A DNA stretch of 64,000 bases from Macrostomum hystrix (taxonomy: Eukaryota; Animalia; Platyhelminthes), in NCBI GenBank assembly GCA_950097015.1, contig CATNEN010000001.1:3906001-3970000 (forward strand). The letters run 5' to 3'. Position numbers and translations under genes: made by a program. The notes beneath the pieces are model-generated. The model saw only the letters and a program-made list of their open reading frames with translations. It had not been told where the DNA came from and ran no database searches. This document shows, in pieces, positions 60,295-64,000 of this stretch (positions are counted from its first letter, which is position 1; each line of letters starts with the position of its first letter).

Positions 60295-63200
60295 CTTCTC
60301 TTCTGTAATATTCTTAGTATAATTTCTGAGTATAATTCTGATTATATCTCTCACTGCTATTTCTTAAAATGAATAACACAATGCACACAATTACCTTCGG
60401 AAATTTGCTTTTTTTAACACACTTAAAAGTTCTATTTATAAACACACTAAAAACTCCTTCAATTTCAACTTCAATTCTTTAAACACTTCAAATTATCTCA
60501 ACCTTTAAACTCACTCTTTAAACTCTCTTGAAAACACTTCAAACTTATGAAAACCTTGAAATCTCTTAAAACCTGACAAACTTTACAAAACTTACTTCAA
60601 CACACACTGACAACGTACAACTGACAACTTTATTTTTCTCTCTGAAAACTCGCCGCTATTTATACACAGGGAATTTAGCGTTTGTTTTAATTCGCATATT
60701 TTACATAATATTATTAACATGATGAAAAGTAAAACAAAATTATTTTCATACAACATTACTTTTAATACGGTACAAAGATTAACAAAAGATATTTTTGGCG
60801 CGTTTTTGATTTTTATTTATTTTTTTCGATTTTATAATAAGAGCAAGAACGTATATACATAATGAAATGGCTAAAACACTGTCACAACTTCCCTCTCTAA
60901 AAGAAAAATTTGAATAAAACAAAATAAGTGAAATTTTTTCTAAAAGTTGCAATTTTGCGGCAAGTCCTTGAAATACGGGAAGTTCACTTGGTTAAAAAGC
61001 CAGCGAAATTCTATAATCACTAACCGATGCTGAAAAGATCTGCTATCGGTTTGCCGCAGGCGCTGAAGTTCTCCTCCTATTGCTGAGTAGATGGTCATTA
61101 CTTGCTGCTGTGGCATCAGTTCCTTGAGTGCTCGAACCGCCGCCCACACTTGCGCTCGCTGTGGCAGGGCCTCATCCAATCTTAAGTAGGCGATCCTTGT
61201 GAGGTAGCGGAGTATGGCGAAACGGAGCCGTTCCGCGTGCTCTCCGTTGTGCTGGTCCATTTGCCGTACCTTGATGGGTGAGGAGGTTCTTGGTCGTTTT
61301 CCTGTCACTGGCTGAGGTCTCGTCGGCTGTCGCTCAGGTGCTGCTATCTCGGCGTCGAGGTCTACTTCCGGCTCCAGTGATCGTAACAGTTCGTCGAGTT
61401 CGTTATCCATTTCTCTTTTCTGCGCAAATTAGCTTTTCACAATGGATGCTCTTAGGTGTTGACCCTCCCTTCATTATATAGGCTTTGGGGGTTGGACAAA
61501 AGCGAAATTATCATGGAAACGGTTGTTCAGTTCTATCTCGATTGCTATTGGCTGGCGTGGGAGGTGGGGTTTAGGCAGACTCACGGCTGTGTGGCGTGGG
61601 CCGGGAGAAAGGTGGCTGAGCATAGTTGAGCATAGCAAAATTTTCTTTTCTTCATAAAATTTTTAATATTCAACTTTAAGTTTCGAGTAAAACGTTTTTG
61701 GAAAGCTGGCATCAAGACGAATACATTGGTTTTTTAATTTTTCAAATATCTTATGCGGTTCTCATTCTGTTGACTGGCGGCACTAAAAAGGGCCGTTTAA
61801 CTATTTTCTACTGTCCATTATGCATTCTCTCGTAGTTAATCGCATTATTACGTGGTCTAAGATTATATCTTGCTTCAGGAACTTGATCCTCTTCGTACTG
61901 CTCAGCTTCTTGTTCGTTTGGTTCATCTTCTTCAGCTTCCTCTTGAATATCTTCCTCAATTTCTTCTTCCATTACACTTTCGATTTCTTCTTCTTCAAAT
62001 TCTTCAATATCTTCAGGTGCTCTTATTCTCCATTGTAATATTCTTTCATCTTCCTCTTCTTTTTCTTCTTCTTCTTCTATCACAATTTCTTCTGTTCTTT
62101 TCTTGTCCTTGACTTTTGTCTTCTGCTTATCAATCTTCCCTCTCTTAATTTTTTGGCTCTGTATTTTCTTCTTAATTCTTCGGATGTCTTCTTTTTTCCA
62201 AACTATCAGGTCCTTATAGAGGGATCTTCATGTTGAGCTATTGTCAACTGTTTCTTCTTTAACGGGACATTGAGATAGTCGGTCAGAAATTTCCGATACA
62301 TGGCCTAATCTCTGGCACATTTTCCTCACTTTTCTCTCGAGAGCTCAACTTCTTTTCACACTTATCAGTCAGGGAAGTCTGGCAGCTCTAATGCACAAGG
62401 CTGAGGCCGCATTAAGACTACTGTTTCTGATATTTTTTTCTCTTCGAACGACTTACTGACTTCACTTCTTTCTCCTGAAACATTAACTTTTGATCTCCTT
62501 TCTTTTGAAATAATCAGCTGGCATCGAGTCGGATTAGTTACAGAAGTCTGACATCTCCTTTCGTTGTTTATCCTAAATTTTACTTTGCTTGTTATTTATG
62601 TGAGTAGGCATAATCGTTTATCTTTCTGCGGTTGCGTGTTTTTAGCATAATAATTTGCATTTTAACTTGTTTATATTTTTATTGCTTTTGTTTCTTTTCT
62701 TTATAGCATGTTTACACAGTTTATATACACAAAGCATTTCTATACACTATTTACAAATTCAGCTTCATCCTTCACAGTTCCTGTCGGACACCTTCATTTA
62801 TTCTCAGAGCGTTTCAGGATGACTCTGCACACATGGTAACCTGGTCTTTTGTCCTCTTGTTCTTTGCTGATTCTGCTTTTTATTTCTGTTGATGTTCCGG
62901 GTGTACCACATTGGTAGCACCTGTTGAACATGTGGAAATTGTCCTTCGTTATGGTCTCATGATTCCTTTTTCCTCTTCCAGCTGATCTATTCTCAGTTGT
63001 TTGTTTTCCAAACAATGAGGGATGAGCTGGCTGCTGGTTCATCAGCACTGCCATAATCAACATTATAATCGACATCTTAACTGCTTTTCACTCTGTTTTA
63101 ATCGCTGCTTCTCTAATCCTTTCCGCTGCCACCAAAGTTGTACCAGGGCTTTACTTAACAACTGGCTTTTATAAGAAAATCCCACCGCTGTTATCAAAGT

Positions 63201-64000
63201 TGTTGCAGGGCAATATTATTAAATTTAACTTTAAATTTTAAATTTAAATTAAAATTTAAATTTAAATTTAAATTTAAATTAAATTTATTCAATCGCTGAC
63301 ACGCTGACACCGAAGTTGTTACAGGTGGAAATTAACTATCCCACCGCTGTTATCAAAGTTGTGGTAGGCGTGCTTTCTTCTTTTTACTTAAATTCTACTG
63401 AATGCCACCAAGGTTGTACTGGGGCTATTTTAATAATTTCACTGCTGTTAACTCAATTTAAAAGATATTTTTAAATGGCGGTCCTTAAATGGGCCGTTTT
63501 AGCTTCTCAAATGGTAGCGTATGTATTCGCACGAGCGGTAACTAGGCAACTGTACACGTTTCCAGTCAATTAGGCGTCCCCGAGATTAGAGTTTAGCAGT
63601 TTCTCTTCTGTAATATTCTTAGTATAATTTCTGAGTATAATTCTGATTAGATCTCTCACTGCTATTTCTTCTTAAAATGAATAACACAATGCACACAATT
63701 ACCTTCGGAAATTAGCTTTTTTAACACACTTAAAAGTTCTATTTATAAACACACTAAAACTCCTTCAATTTCAACTTCAATTCTTTAAACACTTCAAATT
63801 ATCTCAACCTTTAAACTCACTCTTTAAACTCTCTTGAAAACACTTCAAACTTATGAAAACCTTGAAATCTCTTAAAACCTGACAAACTTTACAAAACTTA
63901 CTTCAACACACACTGACAACGTACAACTGACAGCTTTATTTTTCTCTCTGAAAACTCGCCGCTATTTATACACAGGGAATTTAGCGTTTGTTTTAATTCG
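60295..64000 (-). mobile_element. Internally deleted, non-autonomous Gypsy (copy B)
   Basis: Truncated 3' LTR 60295-60886, PPT, ORF3, pol tail 61808-62160 and degraded gag/pol pieces. PBS at 63123-63134; the 5' LTR runs from 63139 past the window end. Confidence 0.9.
60940..61410 (-). CDS. ORF3 homolog, 156 aa
   Basis: Intact frame with an in-frame loss of 66 central residues relative to copy A. Confidence 0.82.
   Translation of the reverse strand: MDNELDELLRSLEPEVDLDAEIAAPERQPTRPQPVTGKRPRTSSPIKVRQMDQHNGEHAERLRFAILRYLTRIAYLRLDEALPQRAQVWAAVRALKELMPQQQVMTIYSAIGGELQRLRQTDSRSFQHRLVIIEFRWLFNQVNFPYFKDLPQNCNF

Overview
Eukaryotic (animal) genomic DNA with GT-AG introns. The density of minisatellites and transposons resembles a flatworm such as Macrostomum, but that is an inference only. 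Three host genes can be built from the sequence: a 3-exon cytosolic sulfotransferase (+), an intronless class I/II PLP aminotransferase (-) and a 4-exon UCH-L3-like deubiquitinase (-). The first 24 kb hold about a dozen minisatellite arrays. From 24 kb on the window is a nest of transposons: MITEs, an IS630/Tc1-like element, an RTE-like LINE, piggyBac, Merlin-like and hAT-like elements, and three members of one Ty3/Gypsy family (A intact, 41022-49426; B internally deleted, ~60295 to window end; C an interrupted solo LTR, ~35590-38942). The Gypsy family is the most unusual feature, for three reasons. (1) Histone-mRNA-like 3' stem-loops lie just after the pol stop codon and inside every complete LTR. 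(2) U5 holds a variable, shuffled array of tRNA-Leu PBS/LTR-end cassettes. (3) A non-env third ORF has its own CCAAT/TATA promoter and stays intact even in the gag-pol-deleted copy. A separate observation is an AKAP-like helix at the C-terminus of the aminotransferase.
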